Assembly (NCBI GenBank): GCA_965199955.1
Contig: CBDATQ010000002.1
Coordinates: 672,001 to 736,000 of the forward strand
Length of the DNA: 64,000 bases
Source of the DNA: Spirochaetia bacterium
GTDB lineage: Bacteria; Spirochaetota; Spirochaetia; SZUA-6; Bin103
Direction of reading: 5' to 3'
Positions 39,643 to 50,437 of this stretch are shown one piece after another (within the stretch, counting starts at the first letter, position 1; the number at the start of each line of letters is the position of its first letter). The notes beneath the pieces are model-generated. The model saw only the letters and a list, made by a program, of their open reading frames with translations. It had not been told where the DNA came from and ran no database searches. The position numbers and the translations under genes are program-made.

Positions 39643-39996
39643 ATGCCGTTCATCAGGATCAAGGACTACGAATCGATCGAGCTGGTGCCGGGCGTGCGTG
39701 CGCGCACGCCCTACGGAAAGCGGATCATGCTCTCCTACCTGGAGATGGAGCCGGGCAGCTTCGTGCCCATGCACCAGCACCCGCACGAACAGGCGGGCCT
39801 GCTCATCGAAGGGCGCATGGAGCTGGTCATCGGCGACGAGTGCCGCATCTGCGAGCCCGGGGACATGTTCATCATCCCGCCGGACACCCCGCACAGCGCG
39901 CGGCCGATCGACGGGCCGGTGAAGGCGCTCGACGTCTTCAGCCCCGTGCGCGAGGACTACGCGGAGAAGTTCAACCAGTACTTCGGGCCGGCCTGA
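39643..39996 (+). CDS. Cupin domain protein
   Basis: HQHPHEQ...G, PGDMFIIPPDTPHS, DVFSPVREDY. Confidence 0.9.
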   Translation: MPFIRIKDYESIELVPGVRARTPYGKRIMLSYLEMEPGSFVPMHQHPHEQAGLLIEGRMELVIGDECRICEPGDMFIIPPDTPHSARPIDGPVKALDVFSPVREDYAEKFNQYFGPA

Positions 39997-41550
39997 TGGC
40001 ATCCCGGCCAGCACGGCGGCCAAACATCCTGCTGCTGCTCACCGATCAGCATGCGCCGCTGGTATCCGGGTTCGCGGGCGACTCGATCGTGCGCACTCAG
40101 GCGCTGGACGCGATCGCCGCGGACGCGGTGCAGTTCGACACCGCGCTGTGCGCCAGCCCGGTGTGCACTCCGTCGCGCATGTGCCTGATGACCGCCAAGG
40201 AGGCGCACCGCTGCGCGGCCTGGAACAACCACTGGGTGATCTTCCCCGAGCACGTCACCTGGCCGGGCCACTTCGCCACGCACGGCTACCGCACGTGCCT
40301 GGTCGGCAAGATGCATTTCGGCGGCGCCGACCAGATGCAGGGGTTCCAGCACCGCCCGTACGGCGACCTGCGCCACGGGCTGGGCCACCAGATCGACCCG
40401 ATCGACTACTTCCCGGTCTACGCCGGGGCTTCGGGCGCAGGCGTCACGGAGATCCCGGAGAGCCTGCTGCAGGAGAACGTGGTCACGCGCGAGTCGCTGG
40501 CCTTCCTGCTGGAGCACCAGGACTCCCAGCCCGATACACCCTGGTTCCTGTGCGCCTCCTACAGCCGCCCGCACTCGCCGTTCACCGCTCCCGGCCGCTA
40601 CATCCGGCGCTACCGCGACCGCGTGCCGCCGGCCGAGCTGCCGGCCGACTTCCCGGACGGGCTCGACGACTACGCGCGCCGCTGCTTCGCCGACGAGGCG
40701 GGGGAAGAGCTGACCGCCGAGCAGCAGCTCCGCGCGCGCGAGGCGTACTACGCGTGCGTGGACTTCGTGGACGACTGCATCGGCGAGCTGATGCGCGGGC
40801 TGGATGCCGCCGGCCTGCTCGACGACACCATCGTCATCTACACCAGCGACCACGGCGAGATGGCCGGCCACCACGGCCTGTGGGGCAAGACCGTTCACTT
40901 CGAGCCTTCGGTGGGCGTGCCGCTGCTCATGTCGGGGCCGGGCATCGCGCCGGGCAGTGTAGGCGTCGCGCATCCGGCGTCGCTGCTGGACCTGTTCCCG
41001 ACGACCTGCATGCTGGCCGGCCTGCCGATCCCGCCGGACCTGGACGGCGTGGACCTGAGCCCACTGCTCGCCGACCCGGCGGGCGGCGCCGCGCCACGGC
41101 GCTATGCCCCAAGCGCGTACTACGCCTACGGCAACCGGGTCCGCGGACTGACGGAGTCCAGGGAGCGCGAGCCGCACCAGGCGATGCGGCTGGTGCGCGA
41201 CCGCGACTGGAAGTACGTGGAGATCGAGGGCGGCCGGCCGGTGCTGTTCGAACATGCAGGGCGACCCGGCAGAGACCACCAACCTGGCCGCCGACCCGCG
41301 GCATGCCGAGCGTTGCCGCCGGATGCGCGCGGCGCTGTTCGAAGGGTTCAGTTGGGAAGGGGTGCGCCGGCAGCTCGTGGCCGACAGCGACCGGCTGCCG
41401 CAGTACCTGTCCGGCCTCAAGCCGACCCCCAACCAGTACATGCTTGGCGACGGCCGCGTCTTCGACGCGGAGGGCGACCTGTACGGCGCCCGCTGGCTGC
41501 CCTATCCCGACCTCAAGGGCGGCGGCGTCATCCCGCAGCAGTTCGGCTGA
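39996..41550 (+). CDS. Sulfatase (choline-sulfatase-like), frameshift near 41252
   Basis: PNILLLLTDQH, CASPVCTPSR, GKMHF, SDHGEM. One extra A (TTCGAACATG) splits LFDMQGDPAETTNLA into the second frame. Confidence 0.88.
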
Positions 41551-41559
41551 CCGGCCGGC

Positions 41560-43290
41560 CTAGCGAATCCCCGGGAACGCGTGTGTAGGCTGATTGGCGT
41601 AGCGGTTCATCTTCAGGGTCAGGCGGGCGCCGACGCCCGGCGCCAGGTGCACGGTGATCGCCGGTTCGTCCAGCGGCGTGGTGTTGCCGTCCACTTCCAC
41701 CGCCGTGAACTGGTGCTCGGCATAGGCGCCGGCCTGCAGGGCCAACGCGTGGCGGCGTGCGGGGCTGAGGTTGACCAGCGTGACGGTCACTTCGTCGTCG
41801 CTCATCGAGTCGACCAGCGACGCAACGTCCTCCGGGATTCCGGCGCGGCCGCGGTCCAGGTCGAAGTAACGCACGCGGGTGTGCCATGCGACGCCGATGT
41901 GGCGTGAGGGCAGGCCGCCGAGCATCAGCTCCACCAGCCGCCAGATGCAGGCGCCCGGATTCATGGAATTCATGCTCTCCGACAGCCGAGTGTCCGGGGT
42001 GCTCTCGTCCTCCCGCATGCGCTGCACCGCCTCGCGCAGCGCGGCAAGCTCGCCGGCCAGCGCCGCGACGGGATAGTCCGGGTCGTCTCCCGACAGGTAG
42101 CCACCCCACGGGCTGCGCCGTGCCAGCGCGCGGTCGCCTTCCGCCATCGACCAGTAGTACATCTCCAGGGCCCCGTGGTCGTAGGGCTCCGGCGTGAACT
42201 CGTACCAGCCGTCGTCGCCGCGCTTCTGCGGGTACTGCAGCACGCCGTCGATTTCCTTCGCGTGGGCGCTGACCGCCTGGATGTTACGCCGCCACACGTC
42301 CACGTAGCGCTGATCGCCGGAGACCAGCAGGGCATTGCCGAAGCCGTACGGCGCCAGGGAGCGGAAGTACGCCTTGTGGTCCCAGCCGTACACCGCCCCC
42401 CACCAGCGGCCGCCTGCGCCGCCGCCGATGGTGCCGTCCAGACCGACATTGCTGGGGATGATGCCGCCGTTATCGTCGGCGCGCTCCACCCACGCGTCCG
42501 CGTACTCCAGGATCCAGTCGCGGTACTTGGCCTCGCCCGTGCACAGGTACGCGTTCAGCGCCACCACGGTGACCGCCAGGTTGCACGGGGTGTCGCCGGT
42601 CACGTCCTGGTAGATGGAGAAGTGATCGACGTAATCCTGCCAGGTGCGATGCCAGCGCAGCGGCGTGAAGCGGCCCTCGCACTCGAAGGGGTCGCCTCCC
42701 CAGTCGATGGGGGTGGTGCGGCGCAGCACCGGGCCGCGGCTGCCAGTCATCACGCTACGGATCAGGCGGTGCTCGGGATCGTAGTTGGCGGCGCCGGGGT
42801 CCTCGCCCATGTAGAAGCCGGCGTAGCGGCGCATGCGCGCCTGGTAGGTGGGGTCCCACGGCTCGGCCAGACCCTGCTGGAACAGGCCGTGGAAGCCCTC
42901 GGCGTTGTGCACGAAGTCGAAGCTGGTCGGGAACTCCTTGTAATACATGCCGTCGCGCGCCAGCGGGCACTCGACGGTGCGCGCCTCGGTGTACTGCCGC
43001 ATGTGGCCCTCGATGCCCTGGCGGTACAGATCCAGCACCCGCTCCGGTCCGCCGAGCGCGTAGAGCTCCGTCCAGCCGGTGACGTTCTCCGCCGCGTCGT
43101 CGGGGCCGTCCAGCGCACCCCAGCGCGGGTAGCACAGCAGGTAGCCGCGCTCGTCGAAGTACTTTGCGTAGAACTCCTCGATCGCGTCCGGGAGGGCGGC
43201 CATGAGCCGGCGTTCCAGGAGCGCCCAGTGCGGCGCCGGCATCGGCGTGGTCAGTTCCAGGGTGGTCTCGGGCAACGGGCGTTCATGCAT
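41560..43290 (-). CDS. Uncharacterised protein, possibly (alpha/alpha)-barrel with C-terminal beta domain
   Basis: 576-aa ORF with protein-like composition. RWGALDGPDDAAEN, NAYLCTGEAKYRDWILEYADAW, RVRYFD..R.R.G.PEDVA. Confidence 0.8.
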   Translation of the reverse strand: MHERPLPETTLELTTPMPAPHWALLERRLMAALPDAIEEFYAKYFDERGYLLCYPRWGALDGPDDAAENVTGWTELYALGGPERVLDLYRQGIEGHMRQYTEARTVECPLARDGMYYKEFPTSFDFVHNAEGFHGLFQQGLAEPWDPTYQARMRRYAGFYMGEDPGAANYDPEHRLIRSVMTGSRGPVLRRTTPIDWGGDPFECEGRFTPLRWHRTWQDYVDHFSIYQDVTGDTPCNLAVTVVALNAYLCTGEAKYRDWILEYADAWVERADDNGGIIPSNVGLDGTIGGGAGGRWWGAVYGWDHKAYFRSLAPYGFGNALLVSGDQRYVDVWRRNIQAVSAHAKEIDGVLQYPQKRGDDGWYEFTPEPYDHGALEMYYWSMAEGDRALARRSPWGGYLSGDDPDYPVAALAGELAALREAVQRMREDESTPDTRLSESMNSMNPGACIWRLVELMLGGLPSRHIGVAWHTRVRYFDLDRGRAGIPEDVASLVDSMSDDEVTVTLVNLSPARRHALALQAGAYAEHQFTAVEVDGNTTPLDEPAITVHLAPGVGARLTLKMNRYANQPTHAFPGIR

Positions 43291-43378
43291 GGAGTGTTCC
43301 TGGCGCGGAGGGTTCCAGCGGGACGGCCGAGTCTTCGACCGAGGTTGCGGCAGTATACTATGAGGACACGTGGAATCC

Positions 43379-44656
43379 ATGGATCTGAGACTGAGTCAGG
43401 CGGCGTACGCGCGGGCGATCGAGTTGCTGCCCGGCGGCGTCAACAGCCCGGTGCGAGCGTTTCGCCGCGTCGGCGGCGACCCGATCTTCTTCCGTAGCGG
43501 CTCAGGCAGCCGCTGCATCGACCTGGACGGCAACGCATATACCGACTACTGCCTGTCGTGGGGGCCGCTCATCCACGGCCATGCGTCCCCGACGGTGGTG
43601 GAGGCGGTGCGCCGCGCAGCGGCGGACGGGCTGTCGTTTGGTGCCTGTCACGAGCGCGAGCTGGAGTTGGCCGAGCTGGTGCTGGGCGCGGTGTCCGGGC
43701 GGCGGCGGATGCGCGCGGTGAGCTCCGGGACCGAGGCGGTCATGACCGCGGTGCGCATCGCCCGAGCGGCCACGGGCAGGGAGCTGGTGGTCAAGTTCGA
43801 CGGCGGTTACCACGGCCATGCGGACGGCATGCTGGTCAAGGCCGGCTCCGGGCTGGCCACGCAGGCGATCGCCGACTCGGCCGGCGTGCCGAAGGCGGTA
43901 GCGGCGACCACGGTGGTGGTGCCGTTCGACGACGACGCGGCGATCAGGGCCGTGTTCGCGGAGTTCGGCAGCCGGATCGCCGCGGTGGTGATCGAGCCGC
44001 TGCCCGCCAACAACGGGCTGCTGGTGCAGCGTCCCGAATATCTTTGCCTGGTGGCGTCGCTGGCGCGCAGCGCCGGCGCCCTGCTGGTCCTGGACGAGGT
44101 GATCTCGGGCTTCCGGCTGCGCTACGGAAGCTACGGCGAGGGGCTCGGCCTGGACGCCGACCTGCTCACCTTCGGCAAGGTGATCGGCGGCGGCATGCCG
44201 CTGGGTGCGGTGGCCGGAGCGCCGGAGTTGATGGACCTGCTAGCCCCGGACGGCGCGGTCTACCAGGCCGGGACTCTGAGTGGCAATCCGCTGTCGATGG
44301 CGGCCGGGATAGCGGCGCTGCAGGCGCTGCGCGACGACCCGCCGTACGAGCGGCTGGAGCGGCTCGGCGCCGGTCTCGACGCCGCGATCGCCGGTCTCGG
44401 CCGCGGCGACGTGCAGATCCGACGGACCGGCTCGATCGCCTGGCTCTACCTTGCGTCGGGAGAGCTGCCGAGCCGTGCCGACGGCATCGATGCGGCGGCG
44501 GTCGAGCGGTACGGCGCGCTGCACCGGCCGCTGCTGGAGCGGGGACACTACCTGCCGCCGTCCGCCTACGAGGTTCTGTTCCTCTGCACCGCGCACGCAA
44601 CGGCGCAGATCGAGGCGCTGGCGACCGACCTCGGCGAGTTGCTGCGGGCGGCGTAG
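43379..44656 (+). CDS. hemL: Glutamate-1-semialdehyde 2,1-aminomutase
   Basis: PGGVNSPVRAF, SWGPLIHGH, SGTEA, GYHGHAD, FGKVIGGGMP, YQAGTLSGNP, PPSAYE. Confidence 0.95.
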   Translation: MDLRLSQAAYARAIELLPGGVNSPVRAFRRVGGDPIFFRSGSGSRCIDLDGNAYTDYCLSWGPLIHGHASPTVVEAVRRAAADGLSFGACHERELELAELVLGAVSGRRRMRAVSSGTEAVMTAVRIARAATGRELVVKFDGGYHGHADGMLVKAGSGLATQAIADSAGVPKAVAATTVVVPFDDDAAIRAVFAEFGSRIAAVVIEPLPANNGLLVQRPEYLCLVASLARSAGALLVLDEVISGFRLRYGSYGEGLGLDADLLTFGKVIGGGMPLGAVAGAPELMDLLAPDGAVYQAGTLSGNPLSMAAGIAALQALRDDPPYERLERLGAGLDAAIAGLGRGDVQIRRTGSIAWLYLASGELPSRADGIDAAAVERYGALHRPLLERGHYLPPSAYEVLFLCTAHATAQIEALATDLGELLRAA

Positions 44657-44735
44657 GTCGGTCGGACGCAGCCGGCGCCCGGGACGTCCGATGGCCGCCT
44701 GCGCCGATCCCGCCGATATTTACTTGGGAGTGAAG

Positions 44736-45929
44736 ATGGATATCGATTCCCGCGACAAGCTGGTGGCCGACGTCGAGGCGTTCTGCCAGGAGGTTCGTCC
44801 GGTCGAGGACCTCTGCTATCTGGAGCACCGCTTCAACGACCAGGCCATCGAGCTTGCGCGCAAGCACGAGATCCTGGGGCTCAACGTGCCGGTTGCCTAC
44901 GGCGGACGGGGCGCCGACGTGCGTACCTACGTCGACGCGCTGGCGCGCATCGGCCGGGAGGGGACGGGTGTGCGCACGCTGTTCTCCGGCCACTGCTCGA
45001 TCGGCCAGACCGTGCTGATCGAGTGGGGGAGCGAGGAGCAGAAGCGGCGGGTGCTGCCGGAGACCGCCGCCGGCCGCGCGATCATGGCGTTCGGCCTGAC
45101 CGAGCCCGAGGCCGGATCGAACCCGCGGGAGATGCAGATGACCTACCGGCGCGAGGGCGACCGCTTTCTGCTCAACGGCGTCAAGTACCTGATCTCCAAC
45201 GGCAGCATCGCCGACCTGATCGTGGTGTTCGCCTACCCGGAGCCCACCGGCGATCCGGCAGCCGACAAGGCGCGGCGGTTCAGCGCCTTTCTGGTCACGA
45301 CCGACCAGGAGGGCATCGAGCGGGAGATGATGACCGCGAAGGTCGGGCTGCCGACCAGCGATACCTCGATGTTCGAGCTCACCGATTACCCGGTCCCGGT
45401 GGAGAACCTGCTGGGAGCGGAAGGACAGGGGCTGACCATCGCCATGCAGACGCTGCGCGCCGGGCGGCTGAGCGTCGCGGCCGGCTGCCTGGGCGTGATC
45501 GAGGACTGCCTGGAAGAGGCGTGCGCGTACGCCAAGGAGCGCTCGCAACACGGCAAGCAGATCGCCCGCCACCAGTTGGTGCAGGAGCACATCGCCACGA
45601 TCGAGCTGGCGCGTCAGGCCTCGGAGAGCCTGATCCACACCGCGGCGGACGCCAAGCAGGCCGCCTACGAGAACCCCGGGGACGCTGCCGTGATGGCGCG
45701 CGTGGACCTGCTGGTGGCGGAGGCCAAGCTGTTCGCCTCCGACGCGGCGTTCCGTGCGGCCGACAGCGCCATGCAGGTGTTCGGCGGACGCGGCTACTCG
45801 GAGCTGTTCCGTCCGGGGCGGCACTGGAAGGACGTGCGCGTGTGCCGGATCTACGAGGGAACGGACGAGATCCTCAAGCTCAAGGTGGCGGCCGGCGTGC
45901 TCGGCAAGGAGTACGAGGCCTACCGCTGA
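44736..45929 (+). CDS. Acyl-CoA dehydrogenase
   Basis: FGLTEPEAGS, LNGVKYLISNG, QVFGGRGY, RIYEGTDEI. Confidence 0.93.
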   Translation: MDIDSRDKLVADVEAFCQEVRPVEDLCYLEHRFNDQAIELARKHEILGLNVPVAYGGRGADVRTYVDALARIGREGTGVRTLFSGHCSIGQTVLIEWGSEEQKRRVLPETAAGRAIMAFGLTEPEAGSNPREMQMTYRREGDRFLLNGVKYLISNGSIADLIVVFAYPEPTGDPAADKARRFSAFLVTTDQEGIEREMMTAKVGLPTSDTSMFELTDYPVPVENLLGAEGQGLTIAMQTLRAGRLSVAAGCLGVIEDCLEEACAYAKERSQHGKQIARHQLVQEHIATIELARQASESLIHTAADAKQAAYENPGDAAVMARVDLLVAEAKLFASDAAFRAADSAMQVFGGRGYSELFRPGRHWKDVRVCRIYEGTDEILKLKVAAGVLGKEYEAYR

Positions 45930-45932
45930 GTG

Positions 45933-46379
45933 CTACGCCTGTGCGGCGAGCTGCGCCCGGAACCCCTCCCACGCGCTGGCGATCACTCTGCCGGCGGACG
46001 CCTCGATCAGTCCGGCGCCCACCGGCCCCAGCAGCCCGCCGAGTTCGTCCACGGTCGCCGTCCAGGTGACGCCGGCGCCTCCTCCGGCCTCGCCCACCTC
46101 GAACGTGGTGGTCACCGCCGCCATCGATCCGATCCCCTTGCTGCGGATGCCGAGCACCAGGCGTGGCTCCGAGCGCTCCTGCACGTCGATCGTGGTCGAC
46201 AGCGATCCGGTCAGGAACGACAGCCCCGGCTTCACCCTGCAGGTGACGTGGTCCTCGCTCGTGCTGGAGAGCGAGGACAAGCCGGGGATCGCGCCGGCCA
46301 GGAAGGAGAGGTCGGACAGCCGCCGCCACACCTCCGCGGCGGATTGCGTGAAGCGCTCGACGCCGGACAGCTCGATCAT
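45933..46379 (-). CDS. SRPBCC/CoxG-like protein
   Basis: VWRRLSD..LAGAIPG, LGGLLGPVGAGLI; ATGA overlap with the thiolase. Confidence 0.8.
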   Translation of the reverse strand: MIELSGVERFTQSAAEVWRRLSDLSFLAGAIPGLSSLSSTSEDHVTCRVKPGLSFLTGSLSTTIDVQERSEPRLVLGIRSKGIGSMAAVTTTFEVGEAGGGAGVTWTATVDELGGLLGPVGAGLIEASAGRVIASAWEGFRAQLAAQA

Positions 46380-47566
46380 GCCGCCTCCCGCTCGACGACC
46401 ACGCCGCACGCCTCGCCGCCGCCGATGCACAGCGCCGCCACGCCGCGCGCGGCGCGGCGGCCCGGCAGGGCGGCGAGACCATGCAGCAGCGTGGTGAGGA
46501 TGCGGGCGCCGCTGGCCCCGATCGGATGGCCCAGCGCCACGGCGCCGCCGTCCACGTTGCAGCGATCGCCGTCGATGCCCAGGTCGCGCTCCACGGCCAG
46601 GTTGCCGACGGCGAACGCCTCGTTGACCTCGAACCGGTCGACGTCGTCGATCGCCACGCCGGCCCGGTCCAGGATCGGCGGAATCACCTGCGCGGGCGCT
46701 AGCAGGAAGCGGGCGGGGGCGGACGCCACGCTGCCGTGCGCGACGATCGTGCCGAGCGGGGTGATGCCCAGCTCGGCCGCGCGGCGGTCGGTCATGACCA
46801 CGCAGGCGGCGGCGCCGTCGTTGAGCGACGACGCGTTCGCGGCGGTGATCGTACCGTCGGCGGCGAAGGCGGGACGCAGCGTGGTCATCTTGTCGAAGTC
46901 GGCGCGGCTGGGCTCCTCGTCGGCCGTCACCGGCCGGTTGCCGGGCTTGCCCGCGACCGGCACGATCTCGGCGTCCCAGCGCCCGCTGCGCTGAGCGTCC
47001 AGCGCGCGTCGGTAGGAGCGCGCCGCGTACGCGTCCTGCGCGGCGCGCTCGATGCCGTACTCGCGGGCGATCAACTCGGCGGCATCCCCCATGTGGAAGT
47101 CGTTGTACACGTCCCAGAGCCCGTCGACGATCATGCTGTCGGCGACCTGCTGGTGGCCGTAGCGGAAGCCGCGGCGTGCGCCGGACAGCAGGTAGGGGGC
47201 GTTCGACATGCTCTCCATGCCGCCGGCCACGGCGATGCCGGCGTCGTCGGCCAGCACGGCGCGCGCGGCAAGGATCACCGCCTGCAGTCCCGATCCGCAC
47301 ACCTTGTTGACCGTCGTGCAGGGAACGCCTTCCGGAAGCCCGGCGCCGATGGCCGCCTGCCGGGCCGGCGCCTGGCCCGCACCGGCGGCGAGCACCTGGC
47401 CCATGAAGACCTCGTCCACGTCGTGCGGGGCTATGCCCGCGCGGCGCACCGCCTCGCCGATCGCCGCCGCGCCCAGACGCGGCGCCGGGAGCGCGGCAAG
47501 CGCGCCGCCCAGCGCGCCGATCGGGGTGCGGCAGGCCGCGGCTATCACGGCGCGTTCGGCGGGCAT
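46376..47566 (-). CDS. Acetyl-CoA C-acetyltransferase (thiolase)
   Basis: RTPIG, NKVCGSG, GGMESMS, EVNEAF, GHPIGASG, CIGGG. Confidence 0.95.
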   Translation of the reverse strand: MPAERAVIAAACRTPIGALGGALAALPAPRLGAAAIGEAVRRAGIAPHDVDEVFMGQVLAAGAGQAPARQAAIGAGLPEGVPCTTVNKVCGSGLQAVILAARAVLADDAGIAVAGGMESMSNAPYLLSGARRGFRYGHQQVADSMIVDGLWDVYNDFHMGDAAELIAREYGIERAAQDAYAARSYRRALDAQRSGRWDAEIVPVAGKPGNRPVTADEEPSRADFDKMTTLRPAFAADGTITAANASSLNDGAAACVVMTDRRAAELGITPLGTIVAHGSVASAPARFLLAPAQVIPPILDRAGVAIDDVDRFEVNEAFAVGNLAVERDLGIDGDRCNVDGGAVALGHPIGASGARILTTLLHGLAALPGRRAARGVAALCIGGGEACGVVVEREAA

Positions 47567-47701
47567 GTCCTGACGCGGCAGTCTGTCGGAACGCCGCGTC
47601 TGCGGCAAGCCCGACGATGGCGGTGTCGACGACGACCATGGTGCCGGCAGCCACGGCGCGAGCTTGCCGCCGGTGTGGGTTTCTCCCCACGATGCCGCGT
47701 C

Positions 47702-50392
47702 ATGAGCGACCATCCCTTGAGTGAGGCCACCCGCGCCCATTTCACCTACCGCGGCGAGCAACTGAACGAGATCTCGTTCCCGCTCGGTGGAATCGGCTCC
47801 GGCTGCATCGGCCTGGCCGGCAACGGCCGCCTGATCGACTGGGAGATCTTCAACCGGCCCGCCAAGGGCAGCGTCAACGGTTTCAGCCACTTCGCCGTCA
47901 AGGCGGAGCGCGCAGGCCACGTGGTGGACGCGCGGGTGTTGCAGGGCGACCTGACCGGCCCTCTCTCGGGCAGCCTGCGCTCGACCTGGCTGCACAGCTT
48001 CGGCTTCGGCCCGACGCGCGCGTCCCTGGGAGGACTGCCCCACTTTGCCGAGGTCGAATTCGAGGGCACCTTCCCGGTGGCCACGCTCACCTTCCGGGAC
48101 GGGACCTTCCCCGGCGCCGTCACCCTGCGCGCCATGAACCCCTTCATCCCCGGCAACGCCGACGACTCCAGCATTCCGGCCGCCTGCTTCGAGGTGCAGG
48201 TGACCAATCCCGGCGCCGACGACCTGGACTACACCGTCGCGCTGGCGGTGTCGAACCCGGCCCGTGCCGGATCGGTCAACCGCGCCCGGCGCGACGGCGC
48301 CGCGCAGTTGCTCACGCTGGCGGAGAGCGGCATCGCCTGCGACCACCCGAACGCCGGCGACCTCACCGTCGCCACTGACAGCCCCGGTGTCAGCTACCAG
48401 GAGTGCTGGTTCCGCGGCATGTGGTTCGACGACCTGACCATCTACTGGCACGACTTCACCGCGCCGGGCGGCTTCGAGAATCGCAGTTATGCGGAGCACG
48501 GCAAGGCCGGGCACGGGTTCGGCGGGGGCGACACCGGCGTGCTGGCGGCCACGCTCGGCGTCCCTGCGGGCGAAACGCGCGCTGCCCGTTTCGTGCTCAC
48601 CTGGAGCTACCCCAACTGCGTCAACTACTGGCACCCCGTGGGGGTCGAGCAGGAACAGCGGGACGAGCCGCCGCCGGCGCTCGACCACGCGGAGTGGCGC
48701 AACCACTACGCGACCCGCTTTCCGGACTCCGCGGCCAGCGCCGCCTACTGTCTGCGTGAGTGGGAGCGGCTGTGGAGCCACACTCTGGCGTTCCGCGACG
48801 CGCTTTACGCATCCAGCGTTCCGCCCGCCGTGCTCGATGCCGCGGCCGCCACCCTGTCGGTGCTCAAGAGCCCGACGGTGCTGCGGTTGGAGGACGGCAC
48901 CTTCTACGGCTTCGAGGGGGTGCGCGTCGAGCAGGGCTGCTGCGAGGGGAGCTGCACGCACGTGTGGAACTACGCGTACGCGCTGCCGTTCCTGTTTCCG
49001 GACCTGGAGCGGTCGATGCGCGACGCCGACTTCCGCTACAACGCCGACGCCGACGGCGGCATGACCTTCCGCCTGCAACTGCCGCTGGGGCGGGAGCGGC
49101 TTGGCTTCCGCCCCTGCGCGGACGGCCAGTTCGGCGGGGTAATCAAGGCCTACCGCGATTGGAAGATCTCCGGCGACTCGGCGTGGCTGCGCGGCCACTG
49201 GGAGACCATCAAGCGGAACATCTCGTTCGCCTGGGCGGACAGCAATCCCGACCGCTGGGACGCCGACCGCGACGGCGTGCTGGAGGGCCGCCAGCATCAC
49301 ACGCTGGACATGGAGCTGTTCGGCCCCAATTCCTGGCTCAACGGCTTCTACCTGGCGGCGCTGGCCGCGGGCGCCGAGATGGCCGAGCACCTCGGCGAGC
49401 CGGACACCGCGTCCGAGTACCGGGCGCTGTTCGCGCGTGGCAAGGCGTGGACGGACGCCAACCTGTTCAACGGCGAGTACTATCAGCAGCGGATCGACCT
49501 CGCCGACCGCTCGATCCTGCAGGCGTATGAGGGCGGCGATGCCGCGGAGCGCTACCGCGGCGGGCGCTCGCAGGTGTGGAACTACTGGGACGACGAGCAC
49601 GGCCAGATCAAGTACCAGGTGGCCGAGGGGTGCGCGATCGACCAGGTGCTGGCGCAGTGGCACGCCAACGTCTGTGGCCTGGGCGAGGTTTTCGACCGCG
49701 GACAGACCCGCACCGCCCTGGCGGCCGTCTACCGCCACAACTTCAAGCGCTCGTTCCGCGAGCACTTCAACCCGGCCCGCCTGTACGCCGTGGATGACGA
49801 GGCCGGCACCATCATCTGCTCCTATCCGCGCGCCCTGCCGGTGGTGCCGATTACCTATGCCCAGGAGACCATGCACGGCTTCGAGTACCAGGCGGCCGGC
49901 CACATGATCCAGGAGGGCATGCTGGCCGAGGGCGTGGAGCTGGTGCGCGCGGTGCGCGACCGCTACGACGGTAGCCGCCGCAATCCCTGGAACGAGATCG
50001 AGTGCGGCAGCAACTACGCGCGGTCGATGGCCGCGTTCGCGCTGCTGCTGGCCTATTCCGGCTTCGAGTTCGACGCCGTCCAAGGGCACGTCGGCTTCAG
50101 CCCCAAGGTGGCGGAAACGCCGTTCACGGCCTTCTGGAGCCTGGGCTCCGGCTGGGGCACCTGCACGCTGGAAGCGGGGGAGATCAGGTTGCAGGTCGAA
50201 TCGGGCGAGTTGCCGTTGTCCACCTTCGCCAGCGACCGACTGGTGGGGGCCGGCGGCGCCGCGGTAACGGGTGTGCAGGTAGGCGGCGTCGATGTCGCCT
50301 ACCTGCAGGACGGCGGCACGCTCGCTTTCTCCGGCGCCGTCCTCATCACCCCTGATGCGCCGCTGGCTATCGCCGTGTCCGCGATGACCTGA
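47702..50392 (+). CDS. GH116 family glycoside hydrolase (non-lysosomal glucosylceramidase-like)
   Basis: PLGGIGSG, WEIFN.P, CEGSCTHVWNY, ADGQ.G, HHTLD, RDRYDG.RRNPWNEIECG.NYARSM. Confidence 0.9.
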   Translation: MSDHPLSEATRAHFTYRGEQLNEISFPLGGIGSGCIGLAGNGRLIDWEIFNRPAKGSVNGFSHFAVKAERAGHVVDARVLQGDLTGPLSGSLRSTWLHSFGFGPTRASLGGLPHFAEVEFEGTFPVATLTFRDGTFPGAVTLRAMNPFIPGNADDSSIPAACFEVQVTNPGADDLDYTVALAVSNPARAGSVNRARRDGAAQLLTLAESGIACDHPNAGDLTVATDSPGVSYQECWFRGMWFDDLTIYWHDFTAPGGFENRSYAEHGKAGHGFGGGDTGVLAATLGVPAGETRAARFVLTWSYPNCVNYWHPVGVEQEQRDEPPPALDHAEWRNHYATRFPDSAASAAYCLREWERLWSHTLAFRDALYASSVPPAVLDAAAATLSVLKSPTVLRLEDGTFYGFEGVRVEQGCCEGSCTHVWNYAYALPFLFPDLERSMRDADFRYNADADGGMTFRLQLPLGRERLGFRPCADGQFGGVIKAYRDWKISGDSAWLRGHWETIKRNISFAWADSNPDRWDADRDGVLEGRQHHTLDMELFGPNSWLNGFYLAALAAGAEMAEHLGEPDTASEYRALFARGKAWTDANLFNGEYYQQRIDLADRSILQAYEGGDAAERYRGGRSQVWNYWDDEHGQIKYQVAEGCAIDQVLAQWHANVCGLGEVFDRGQTRTALAAVYRHNFKRSFREHFNPARLYAVDDEAGTIICSYPRALPVVPITYAQETMHGFEYQAAGHMIQEGMLAEGVELVRAVRDRYDGSRRNPWNEIECGSNYARSMAAFALLLAYSGFEFDAVQGHVGFSPKVAETPFTAFWSLGSGWGTCTLEAGEIRLQVESGELPLSTFASDRLVGAGGAAVTGVQVGGVDVAYLQDGGTLAFSGAVLITPDAPLAIAVSAMT

Positions 50393-50437
50393 CGCGTCCC
50401 CAAGCACGCGGGCGCCGGTGTCTGCGGCGCGTGGCAT

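Noticed and set aside
47567..50437. Upstream part of the 1353-aa minus-strand ORF, suggesting a giant thiolase fusion
   Set aside because: It is the antisense shadow of GH116 running in frame into the thiolase; thiolase motifs begin at 47566.
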